Source: an uncultured Gammaproteobacteria bacterium
GTDB taxonomy: Bacteria; Patescibacteriota; Microgenomatia; CAZETR01; Amesbacteraceae
Assembly (NCBI GenBank): GCA_964502885.1
Contig: CAZCXU010000001.1
Span: 93,352-157,351 of the forward strand
Direction: 5' to 3'
DNA: 64,000 bases
In this document: positions 17,322-25,797 of the stretch, in pieces
Numbering within the stretch: the first letter of the stretch is position 1
How the letters are laid out: every line of letters begins with the position of its first letter
Notes under the pieces: model-generated
The model's database searches: none
Told to the model about the DNA's origin: nothing
The model's input: the letters and a program-made list of their open reading frames with translations, nothing else
Position numbers and translations under genes: made by a program

Positions 17322-19183
17322 TTTGATTCAGGAACCAGTATTGGTTTGGTTTGAGTTTCAGCTTGTTTTTGAGCTAATATTTCGGAGGGTTTGGTGGTAA
17401 TTAGCTTGTGTTCGTCCGGGGATGCTACAAAGCGAACAGCTACGTGATTGTTTCCTGCAAAAAACAGACCTTCTCCAACGTTTGCTGACAGGAGAAGGTG
17501 TTTTTCTCCCTCGGAGAGATAGAAGACCTGGGAAATTTTGTCGACTCCCGCTGGTGATTGTTTCATGAGTATTTGTAGGGAAGAACTGGTGACGATGGCT
17601 TTGCCGTAATCAGTGTTCAAAAAGTCTTCTACGTCCTGAGTAATAGTGGTAAGACCGAGAAAATACTTACGAGCGCGTTTGGCGACGCTGTAGAGGAAAC
17701 TGGCTGAGTCGGGATAACGCATGAGATACCAGGCCTCGTCTACCACAAGAATGCGTTTCTTGAGGTCGCGGCGCATTTTTGTCCAGATATAGTCAAGAAT
17801 GAGAAAGATAGCAATGGGCTTGAGAGAATCTTCGAGATCGCGGACAGAAAAAACTGTAAATTGATTTTTTAGTTGAATATTTGATGGCTGATCGACTATT
17901 CCGGTAAAACTTCCCTTTACAAATCGTTCTAGGCGATCAGCAAGAGATAGGGCTATGGGTTCTTCCATGCCAATGAAAGCTTTGTAAAGATCTTCCATTA
18001 GCGGGGGAGTATTTTTTTGTGTAGCGGGATCAGGGGTGATACCTTTCATACGATAAGCGAGATTGAGGGCGCGATCGAGAAGTGCGTCTTCTGTGGGGCT
18101 AAGGTTTCCCATGATGACTTTGAACATGGAATGCAGCGATTGAATTTTGAGATTAAGCTCGTTTTCATCTGAATTTTGGGTAAGAAGGGAAAGATCAAAG
18201 GGGTTGATGCGATTTTGAGAATTGTAGGAGAAATTGATGTAGTCGCCTCCTACGGCATCACAGAGGGCTTTGTATTCGTTTTCAGGATCTATAACGATTA
18301 TTTCTGTACCAAACATCATGGAACGAACCAGTTCAAGTTTAATGGTGTAAGACTTTCCCGCACCGGATTTGGCGAATACTACTGAGTTGGCGTTTTCCAG
18401 AGAGAAGCGATCAAAAATGACCAAACTGCCGTTGTGCTGATTTATTCCATAGAGGATGCCGTCATTGCTGGTGAGCTCTGATGAGGTGAAAGGGAAGGTG
18501 GTGGCCAGAGAGGTGGTGTCCATGTTTCTGGTGACCATAAGATGGTCGATACAGGTGGGGAGGGTGGTTTTGAAACCTTCAGCCTGCTGGAGGAGTGTGG
18601 GTGTAGAGGCCACTAGAAGAGATGAAAGGGAGCTAGTGACCTGTTTACTGGCAGTTTCAAGTTCGGAGGGGGAATCGGCGGGAATGGTGACATAGAGAGA
18701 GAATTGAAAGAAGCGTTCGATGCCTTTGACGAGTTGATCCTGAAGAGCCAGAGCGTCTTCGAGTTTGGCTTGGGTTACAGGATCGACAACGCGGCCGCGT
18801 TGGGCGTCAGTGTTTAGCTCGGCTTCCATTTCGGCAATCTTTCGACGCAGATCGTCGAGCGTGGACTTGCTTTCTACAGGATAGATGAACATGGAAATAT
18901 TTAGTGAATGGTCAAAATTAATGATGGGACTAAGCCAGTTGCTGGAGACGAAGCGGCGGTTTATTGAGGTGAAGTAGGTGCGGAAATATGTGTCGTTGAT
19001 TTTTAATGAATTGAAATCGATGGTAATGTTTTGTGGGGCGATGATATCCTTGACTGTTTTGGCCTGGGATAATTCTTTTTGGGGGAGAGCCATATTTGTG
19101 TCTGGGACGTTACCGGAGACCTGAGTTGCAGGAGTGGCAGTTTTTTTGACGGGGGTAAGGTTAGGGAGTTTTGGTAGCTTCAT
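17318..19183 (-). CDS. VirB4/TrbE/PrgJ-type type IV secretion ATPase
   Basis: Contains Walker A VVFAKSGAGKSYTIKLE and Walker B KRILVVDEAWYLM. The N-terminal domain has the usual APQNITIDFNSLKINDTYFRTYF...YP pattern of Gram-positive VirB4 homologs. The C-terminal segment is GLTTITQDVEDF...LQILMKQ. Confidence 0.85.
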   Translation of the reverse strand: MKLPKLPNLTPVKKTATPATQVSGNVPDTNMALPQKELSQAKTVKDIIAPQNITIDFNSLKINDTYFRTYFTSINRRFVSSNWLSPIINFDHSLNISMFIYPVESKSTLDDLRRKIAEMEAELNTDAQRGRVVDPVTQAKLEDALALQDQLVKGIERFFQFSLYVTIPADSPSELETASKQVTSSLSSLLVASTPTLLQQAEGFKTTLPTCIDHLMVTRNMDTTSLATTFPFTSSELTSNDGILYGINQHNGSLVIFDRFSLENANSVVFAKSGAGKSYTIKLELVRSMMFGTEIIVIDPENEYKALCDAVGGDYINFSYNSQNRINPFDLSLLTQNSDENELNLKIQSLHSMFKVIMGNLSPTEDALLDRALNLAYRMKGITPDPATQKNTPPLMEDLYKAFIGMEEPIALSLADRLERFVKGSFTGIVDQPSNIQLKNQFTVFSVRDLEDSLKPIAIFLILDYIWTKMRRDLKKRILVVDEAWYLMRYPDSASFLYSVAKRARKYFLGLTTITQDVEDFLNTDYGKAIVTSSSLQILMKQSPAGVDKISQVFYLSEGEKHLLLSANVGEGLFFAGNNHVAVRFVASPDEHKLITTKPSEILAQKQAETQTKPILVPESK

Positions 19184-19832
19184 TTTTGACTGATGGAACG
19201 GGAACTTTTGGTAAGGTAACGTTTGTTCCCATTACATCCTGATTATAGGAATTAAAAAATAACTGTAATAGTTCATTTGAGGTTATTTGGCGCCCTTTAA
19301 GACCTATGCGAGCGAGAAGTCGCAACAAATGATCTCTTTTGGGAACAAGGTTTGTAATGGCCCGATCAACTATATAGTCTTTGGGGAGAGTGGTATTTGC
19401 TGACTTACCTCCCAGAACTTTCAGCGAAGAACCAACACCTAATTCAAGTGAACTAAATGGCAAAGATATGTAGAATTTTTTATCCAACACATTTCCCTGA
19501 CGAACGATGGCTTTGACGAAGTCGCGATATTTAGTAAGCTGTTCCTTGAGCTTTGATGTGGTGATTTGGGCAAGGTGAGTGTCCAGTTTTTCGATATAAC
19601 TGGAAATATCTTTTCGTTTGCTGATGAGAACGATTTGGATGGAAAAAGTGAGTGAGTTTAGAAGCTGTGCGTAGGCATAAATGGTGGCGTCCTGCTCTCT
19701 TTCTGAAAGAAGACCAAAGTTGACGGCGCTAATTTCCATGACCATACAGGCCGAGCCGTCTTTGAGAATGACGATGTCGTTTTGAATATCTTCAATGTCC
19801 AGATGATCTTGTGTGCGGGGGGGGATAGTCAT
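19161..19832 (-). CDS. Hypothetical protein resembling a stand-alone VirB4 N-terminal domain
   Basis: I chose the start at ATG 19832 (MTIPPRTQDHLDIEDIQNDIVILKDGSACMVMEISAVNFGLLSEREQDATIYAYAQLLNSL), 8 nt after the upstream stop. The pattern (TQD.L.I..I.d.iv.lkDGs....eisa.NF.L.se.Eqd) is typical of the extreme N-terminus of Gram-positive VirB4-like ATPases. No P-loop is present. Confidence 0.55.
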   Translation of the reverse strand: MTIPPRTQDHLDIEDIQNDIVILKDGSACMVMEISAVNFGLLSEREQDATIYAYAQLLNSLTFSIQIVLISKRKDISSYIEKLDTHLAQITTSKLKEQLTKYRDFVKAIVRQGNVLDKKFYISLPFSSLELGVGSSLKVLGGKSANTTLPKDYIVDRAITNLVPKRDHLLRLLARIGLKGRQITSNELLQLFFNSYNQDVMGTNVTLPKVPVPSVKNEATKTP

Positions 19833-19839
19833 ACTTTTT

Positions 19840-20931
19840 TTAGGTTTTTCCGTGAATAATAACAGGGCTAATAATACTGCCTTTGGCTTGAATAGAAACC
19901 GGGTCAAAAGTTAAACCTTCCTTTTCGGCGATGACGTTGTAAGTTCCGGCTGGCAAGGGAATGGCAATTTGGAACTGACCGAGACGATTGGTTCTTAGGG
20001 CCCGTGCAGGAATACCTGTCTTGGTATCAATAATCTCTACAGTTGTTTGTGCTAACGGCTGGGAAGCTGCATCTACAACCATGCCGGTGAGAATATTCGG
20101 ACTGGCAGGATTGGGAAGCTGAGTGGTGACTGTAGCAGATGGGGCTGAAGGAATATTTACAGGTTTGGGAAGCGGGGGAGTGTTAGCAACAACAGCTGAA
20201 ACACCAGAGGAGGTGAGAATTGGTGAGGTAGGAGTGGTGGGTGTAGCTAAAACTGTTTGTGGTGACGCTTCGGCGTGGGGTGTGCCTGCCGATGAGAAAG
20301 AGGTTGAGATGGTTGGAGTTGAGGTGGAATTTTTAACTGGAGATGTAAAGACTGGTTGGGCGCGTGCAGGGGAAGTGGGGATAGGTGCAGAAGAAGGGGC
20401 AGATGTAGGGATAATGGGGGGAACAGTTGAATTAGGAGCGGGTGTGGGAACAATGGAGGAAATGGCTGAGTTAGGAGTAGTTGATGGAGGTAGAGTTTTT
20501 GCGGTGGACATCTGCGGTTCAATTTTTATGGCAGCAGGAATTGGTGCCGGAACGGTGGTGACTGGTTGAGGTGTAGGTGGCGACGGTGGAGCGGCTGTTG
20601 CAGTGGGTGTGATTGGTGGGGGTGGGGCAAGGCTCGCAACGATTTCGTCAGAGATCCAGACATACTCAGTGGGAGAATAGATGGCTTTAAAAAAAGCGAC
20701 GAGCCAAGTGGTAAAGGGTCGATTGTTGATAGGGATAAAGGCCATGAGTGCACCCGTGGTGATGGAAATAAAAACCAGCGGGTATTTGATTATGGGGATT
20801 AATTGGAGACGGAAAATGAGCACCCCCACAACAATGCCTCCTGCCAGCTGGAGAAATTGCTTGAGGGTCATATCGCCCACGAGACGGAACTCGTAGGAGG
20901 AAATATTTTGCGGGACAGGGTGGTTATCCAT
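19840..20931 (-). CDS. PrgI/VirB3-like membrane protein fused to a long P/T/S/A-rich linker and a C-terminal CarboxypepD_reg-like beta-sandwich
   Basis: The N-terminus VPQNISSYEFRLVGDMTLKQFLQLAGGIVVGVLIF plus a second TM helix matches the PrgI family pattern. Residues about 100-290 are low-complexity P/T/S/A. The C-terminus is TGMVVDAASQPLAQTTVEIIDTKTGIPARALRTNRLGQFQIAIPLPAGTYNVIAEKEGLTFDPV. Confidence 0.65.
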   Translation of the reverse strand: MDNHPVPQNISSYEFRLVGDMTLKQFLQLAGGIVVGVLIFRLQLIPIIKYPLVFISITTGALMAFIPINNRPFTTWLVAFFKAIYSPTEYVWISDEIVASLAPPPPITPTATAAPPSPPTPQPVTTVPAPIPAAIKIEPQMSTAKTLPPSTTPNSAISSIVPTPAPNSTVPPIIPTSAPSSAPIPTSPARAQPVFTSPVKNSTSTPTISTSFSSAGTPHAEASPQTVLATPTTPTSPILTSSGVSAVVANTPPLPKPVNIPSAPSATVTTQLPNPASPNILTGMVVDAASQPLAQTTVEIIDTKTGIPARALRTNRLGQFQIAIPLPAGTYNVIAEKEGLTFDPVSIQAKGSIISPVIIHGKT

Positions 20932-21005
20932 AAGCTGGTTTACATTTATCCTACCGCGTGAAAGAGAGTTTGCAAGCTAATGTTTTCACATACTAGAATA
21001 GAGTC

Positions 21006-21128
21006 ATGGTTGAGCAGGGAAACTTCAAAGATAAGGTTGCTTTTGTGTTTGGTGGTGCAATCCTTGGATTGATGGGATTGGTGGCTATAATCTTGAAGAT
21101 TGTGGGGAGGATTTGTGGCTGTTTCTGA
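21006..21128 (+). CDS. Possible 40-aa single-TM micro-protein (below the track cutoff)
   Basis: ATG 21006 to TGA 21126-21128 encodes MVEQGNFKDKVAFVFGGAILGLMGLVAIILKIVGRICGCF. It lies in the divergent intergenic region between the PrgI-like gene and the 926-aa orphan. Nothing supports it beyond the ORF and its TM character. Confidence 0.25.
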   Translation: MVEQGNFKDKVAFVFGGAILGLMGLVAIILKIVGRICGCF

Positions 21129-21166
21129 ATCTATCCTATAGTTGATAATTCGTGGTAAAATGAGAG

Positions 21167-21175
21167 TGTTATACT
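21167..21175 (+). promoter_or_regulatory. Extended -10 element TGTTATACT ending 6 nt before the ATG of the 926-aa gene (leaderless geometry)
   Basis: TGTTATACT lies at 21167..21175 and the ATG at 21182. The identical 9-mer occurs upstream of pilin paralog 10 (reverse strand, 30349..30357). Confidence 0.35.
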
Positions 21176-21181
21176 AATTTC

Positions 21182-23962
21182 ATGGACGATATGAGCAGCG
21201 AATCTAGACGGTCTGGTAGACTTGATTTTGACTCTGGCTTGGACGCTTCCCAAGTTAACAGAAGTGGGGATGTTGTAGGCCGAAATGTTCAAGAGTGGGG
21301 AGGGCGGGGGAGGCAGGTTGATGCGGAAGATGATAATTTAGAAATTTTCAAAAAAAAGTTGGAAGAAGCGGAGAACTTTTCTAGTATTCAGACTTATGTA
21401 GTGGGATATTTGGAGAGAGCTGAACAGAGAAACATCGTCGAGAGAAACGCAGCTTTGGAATTAATTCTGGAGAGGTCGAGATCATTTAAGGAGGTGGACT
21501 TAGGAATTCAAAGAGCTTTAAAAATCTCTCTAAAGGAGGAAAGGTTTGAAGAGTTGAAACAACTGAAAGACGAACAAGCAGCGTTGATGGTGGTGGCTGA
21601 TTCTTTAGATATGTTTGAAGGGGTAAGGCAGGTGGCTAGAGCAGGCCAGGGGGATTATTTACGAGGGAAGAGAGACGCGGATGAAATCTTTTCTGGAGCT
21701 GTGGGGCCTAATGTGTCAAATATAAGGGGTTCAGAGAAATTGCAAGGAATGGTGGACAGATACCAAGCCACAGCTGTAGGGGTGTGGGAATGGGCAAAAA
21801 GTGTGGCAAAGGGCGCGGATTATGAAGGTCGAACAAAAGAAGGTTTAGAGGCGTTGGGATGGGGAACTATCCCGTTTAGAGAAACATTGAACTTGGCAAG
21901 GGTTATAACGGAAGAAACTGTTTCTCCACCGGAAACTCCCCCCAGAGTTGGTCCATCTGGTGGTGACCCATCTCGAGGACCAGAAAGTGAGATTTTTGCT
22001 GAAAGGGCAAGGAGAGCAGAAGAGTTGTTGATAGCAACGGGATTAAGTAACAATGGTTTGCCAACATCAATTGCTGAGTTGGATGCTATTGAACAAGGGG
22101 CTCCATACATCGAAAAAACAGGCAGACCTTTGTATGGTGGAATTTTGCACAACCTGCTTAATAAATACATGACAGTTTCGGTGACTGAGGGAGAGAAAAG
22201 ATTGGGGTTGGCTAGTAAGGTGGAGGCTAATTTTACTTCTGATGAGTTGCTACTAATTAACGACAGAGATGTGAGGTTTTGGGTTCAAGTGTTTGCCTTT
22301 GGGTTTGGGTTGGGGTCTCGAACGAAAATTAATTCACATTTAAATGAGAATCAGGGTGGTTTTGTGAAGAATGCTTCAGGAGAAGCTCCCATGCAGGGGA
22401 GAAGTGTGGGTGAAATGTTAAATGCAATTGCAGGTAGGGATGTTGAGAATGATGAAAGAATGTGGGGAGAATATCGTATGGAGGCGGGGCGACGGGTGGC
22501 TCCCTCTAAGGATAATACATGGAATAAAGCTTTTGGAAATGTGCAGTATGGTGAATGGGAGGTTTTGCAGGTGGCGATGATGAGAGCAATAGTGTTGCGA
22601 GGGAATCCAGAGATTTCTTCGGATGAACTCGACACAATAATTCGTACTAATAAAAATTTACGTATGGGTTTAGCTGGGGCGAGGATGTATGCAATGGCGA
22701 CACATATGGGAGATCAGTTTGCAGTCGAATCTAAACACTTTTTAGCAACGGCGGCATATTTTGAGTTCCATTTTCAAGCAGCAGCCGTGGATAGATTGGC
22801 AAAATTATCATTACCACACAGGTTTAGGAGTTATATGAATTTAAACTCAGACTTATTTAAGGACTCGCAGGGAAACTGGAGTGATGAAACACTTATGCAT
22901 CGCAGATTATTTGCCCCTGATGTAATGCGATCAGTTATATGTTCTCCTGCTGTGTTTTCGCGAGGAGTACAAGGACCTAATCCGGAAGAATCAAGATATG
23001 AACCACAGGAGACAATCTTAGACTTGGCCATAAGGGGCATAGAAGTTCGACAAGATGCGTTGCAAACAGGGGTAACTCCTACCCGTATTTATAGTTTTGG
23101 AGTAAATGCGGCCGAAAAAATATTTAATTTGGCTTTTGGGGGTGGGACTCCCCCCGAAGGGCCGGATGTAAAGTTTGACAGAGATAAGGGATGGGCGTGG
23201 AATATGGGGCAGGAAATTCTGGCTACAGCGCGGGATTTGGGTTGGATTATGGAATATGAAAATACCATTAAACAAGAAGGGGTGAGTATGACTCCAGCTG
23301 AAGCGTCTCGACGAAGAAGAGCGATAGAACATAATATTCAGAGGTTGGGTATCACTAGGTTTATGGCTGGGTTGGGAATGAGAATAGAAAGAGGCGAAGT
23401 GCACAATTTAACCGATTTGGCGGCTTGGGCGGTGGGGATGGTGCTTGATAGAAGCGCCAAGTTTGTACATCAGATGAATTTGCCGGACGGAAGTGTCAAG
23501 CAGTTGGAGTTTCGCTGGGTATCCAAGGAGGACTCAGAATGGGTTGTAGAACATGGGTTGAATAAAAGAGATGAGAAGTGGGTGGATACGAGAAGCCCTT
23601 GGTCTTATGTTTATGAGTTAGTAACCAGGAGAGCACCTAATCGTAGAGGTGAGTGGGAAACTAAGCAGGGTGGAGAAGATGATTTATTGATTCAGGTATT
23701 GGTAGATAAGGCAGGAGGGGATGCTTCGGAAGCGGCTATGCACAGAAGAGACCAACTGAATCATCGGGTTAGAAAGTGGCGTTGGGGAGTAGGTGACTAC
23801 TTCTTGGGGTGTGGAGGGACTGCTACTAAAGAGGATGTGAGGCTTCGGGAGAGCTTTGAAGAAAAAATTGCGGGTGGTAGGGATATGCCCAAAATAGACA
23901 GGTTAACTCCATATCAAAAGGTGTACAACACATTGGACTTTTCTGATTACGGTAAAAGCTAA
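21182..23962 (+). CDS. Large orphan protein (926 aa) with no recognisable domain, signal peptide or TM helix
   Basis: The ORF is long and uninterrupted, with a coiled-coil-like N-region (EIFKKKLEEAENF...EERFEELKQLKDEQAAL). It is the only plus-strand gene inside the minus-strand T4SS-like gene string. No motif I recognise is present. Confidence 0.7.
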   Translation: MDDMSSESRRSGRLDFDSGLDASQVNRSGDVVGRNVQEWGGRGRQVDAEDDNLEIFKKKLEEAENFSSIQTYVVGYLERAEQRNIVERNAALELILERSRSFKEVDLGIQRALKISLKEERFEELKQLKDEQAALMVVADSLDMFEGVRQVARAGQGDYLRGKRDADEIFSGAVGPNVSNIRGSEKLQGMVDRYQATAVGVWEWAKSVAKGADYEGRTKEGLEALGWGTIPFRETLNLARVITEETVSPPETPPRVGPSGGDPSRGPESEIFAERARRAEELLIATGLSNNGLPTSIAELDAIEQGAPYIEKTGRPLYGGILHNLLNKYMTVSVTEGEKRLGLASKVEANFTSDELLLINDRDVRFWVQVFAFGFGLGSRTKINSHLNENQGGFVKNASGEAPMQGRSVGEMLNAIAGRDVENDERMWGEYRMEAGRRVAPSKDNTWNKAFGNVQYGEWEVLQVAMMRAIVLRGNPEISSDELDTIIRTNKNLRMGLAGARMYAMATHMGDQFAVESKHFLATAAYFEFHFQAAAVDRLAKLSLPHRFRSYMNLNSDLFKDSQGNWSDETLMHRRLFAPDVMRSVICSPAVFSRGVQGPNPEESRYEPQETILDLAIRGIEVRQDALQTGVTPTRIYSFGVNAAEKIFNLAFGGGTPPEGPDVKFDRDKGWAWNMGQEILATARDLGWIMEYENTIKQEGVSMTPAEASRRRRAIEHNIQRLGITRFMAGLGMRIERGEVHNLTDLAAWAVGMVLDRSAKFVHQMNLPDGSVKQLEFRWVSKEDSEWVVEHGLNKRDEKWVDTRSPWSYVYELVTRRAPNRRGEWETKQGGEDDLLIQVLVDKAGGDASEAAMHRRDQLNHRVRKWRWGVGDYFLGCGGTATKEDVRLRESFEEKIAGGRDMPKIDRLTPYQKVYNTLDFSDYGKS

Positions 23963-24020
23963 TTAAAAAAGTGGTCTGGTGGATGGTTTATTCGGATAAG
24001 TTGTTTATAGAATGCGTAGC

Positions 24021-25751
24021 TTAGGATGTACCACCTGCGGGAGGGACAGGTCTTCGAATGTTGGCTTCTTTGGCTTTGGAGACTTGCTGACCAGCCGAAG
24101 TCAATTGTCCCATGGTGTCTTTGGCCATCTTTTCAACAAAGTCAGAAGGATCTACAGACTTACAGAACATGTTCTTAACCATGGTTGCTATGTTGGGGGC
24201 GAATGACATGGCCCCTACGAAAACTGCATATTGGACGAAAATATTACTGGGCATGTCAAATAAGGGAAAGTTGGCTTGGTTGTTAAAAAAGAAGCCTATG
24301 TCTCCGGCGAATCCTGGGACGGGAGTGCGAGTGTCAAACCCTGCATTAATTAGAATTGCTAAGAGAGCATATGTCACAAAAATTGAGGCATTGCCGATGA
24401 GACAAAGAAGCCATTTTTTAAATCCACCAAAATCAGATTTCTTCGATGGGATAATATCGAAAATAATTATTAGCGGGCCGGCGACAACCAGAAGATTAAA
24501 AGTAATAAAGGCGACCACAAATTGACCAATAATTCTGGCCCAGACGTAAATTGACCAAAGGAAGAAACCAAGAATGAAACCAGCTATGAGAACAACCACT
24601 CCTCCAGAAGCAAGATTAAGCAGTGCAGCTAGAACTATAGTGAGAATTATCAGTACTATGGAAACAACTATCCAAAAGGCAAGGAAATGCCAGACAAAAT
24701 CAAAACCGCCTCCAGCTAAGGTGGACATAGCAAGCGGCAAGTCAGTTATAATTGTCATGCCGATAGCTGTTTGGGCAAAATAAAGCATGCCAATAATTGC
24801 GGAAATGGCTAAGTACATCAGGTCAATTACGAAGCCGGCAATGGCGTATGAAAAGAGAACCAACACAATAGATATGGCAATGCGGGGAATAACCATTTGA
24901 ATTGTTACCGAGACTTGCGGAGATATTTTTGAACGGAACATAACCATAAAACCAGCAATGATGATAATCAGGGTGGTAATTAATAGTGCGATGTTTCGAG
25001 TGGCGATCCAAAATGCTCGGGTAGGAGAGTCTGTCGTTCCGGTACCACCCAAGCCAAGTCTTTCGTAACCACTTCCTTGCGCAAACGTGTCCGAGACAAT
25101 GTTGAGTTTTGAAGCAAGTTGTTTAGTTTCAGACCAGGCTGAGGGGAGGGTGTCAATTTGTGATGAGATATAGTAGGTAAGCTTGAGTACTCCAATATAA
25201 CTTTGACCTATGAATCCATATTTATTAACAAATGCCAGATCAGAAGAAGAAAAATTTTGAGTGACGAGCATGCTGCGGGCAAGATCTATCGCTGTGAGTA
25301 AATCAGTGATGTTTTGCAAAAGGGCTGCTGGATCAGGAGAAGATATAACTGAGGGAAATAACATCGAAGAGAGAGAGTTGAGGATCCAGTTTACTTGAGC
25401 GTAGGTGTAGCGCTCACCAAAAATTTCGTCGGGATTTGTATTGTCGAAAACTTTTTGCTGGAACTCCTGAATTGAAGGATTGTACCAAGGGTGTGGTGTT
25501 ACTTCGGCGAAGAACAAACGGGAGATTTCGTAGATGAGATAGGAGCAACGTGCTGCATCACCGAAAGGGTTGGGGGAAATGGCTTGACAGGCAGCATCTG
25601 CCTGAGCGCACAGCGGCTCGGCGGGATCACAGGTCGGTTGGGCAAGAACCGGTGATGGTGTGATAAATACTGTTAACCCTATGAATAGAAACGAAAGGGT
25701 AAAAAGGTATTTTTTAATCAGCATTGAAAGATGTTTTGTCATGGAAGACAT
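24021..25751 (-). CDS. VirB6/TrbL-like polytopic membrane protein candidate
   Basis: 576 aa with a signal/anchor (LFTLSFLFIGLTVFITPSPVLAQP) and a roughly 230-aa extracytoplasmic region carrying 4 Cys. At least 6 long hydrophobic helices follow (for example ALLITTLIIIIAGFMVMF, IAISIVLVLFSYAIAGFVIDLMYLAISAIIGMLYF, WHFLAFWIVVSIVLIILTIVLAALL), ending in a hydrophilic tail. The call rests on topology and neighbourhood, not on a sequence motif. Confidence 0.5.
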   Translation of the reverse strand: MSSMTKHLSMLIKKYLFTLSFLFIGLTVFITPSPVLAQPTCDPAEPLCAQADAACQAISPNPFGDAARCSYLIYEISRLFFAEVTPHPWYNPSIQEFQQKVFDNTNPDEIFGERYTYAQVNWILNSLSSMLFPSVISSPDPAALLQNITDLLTAIDLARSMLVTQNFSSSDLAFVNKYGFIGQSYIGVLKLTYYISSQIDTLPSAWSETKQLASKLNIVSDTFAQGSGYERLGLGGTGTTDSPTRAFWIATRNIALLITTLIIIIAGFMVMFRSKISPQVSVTIQMVIPRIAISIVLVLFSYAIAGFVIDLMYLAISAIIGMLYFAQTAIGMTIITDLPLAMSTLAGGGFDFVWHFLAFWIVVSIVLIILTIVLAALLNLASGGVVVLIAGFILGFFLWSIYVWARIIGQFVVAFITFNLLVVAGPLIIIFDIIPSKKSDFGGFKKWLLCLIGNASIFVTYALLAILINAGFDTRTPVPGFAGDIGFFFNNQANFPLFDMPSNIFVQYAVFVGAMSFAPNIATMVKNMFCKSVDPSDFVEKMAKDTMGQLTSAGQQVSKAKEANIRRPVPPAGGTS

Positions 25752-25797
25752 TTTTACTTTAGAATAAATAGATCAAACATGCAATAACAGTGGTTGG

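Noticed and set aside
20123-20802. Several ORFs (20123..20569 +, 20247..20522 -, 20526..20753 -, 20566..20802 +) inside the PrgI-like gene
   Set aside because: They lie in the repetitive P/T/S/A-coding linker, where all frames stay open. Their products are low-complexity mirror images (G/V/A-rich or P/L/H-rich). The 363-aa frame alone has recognisable N- and C-terminal domains.
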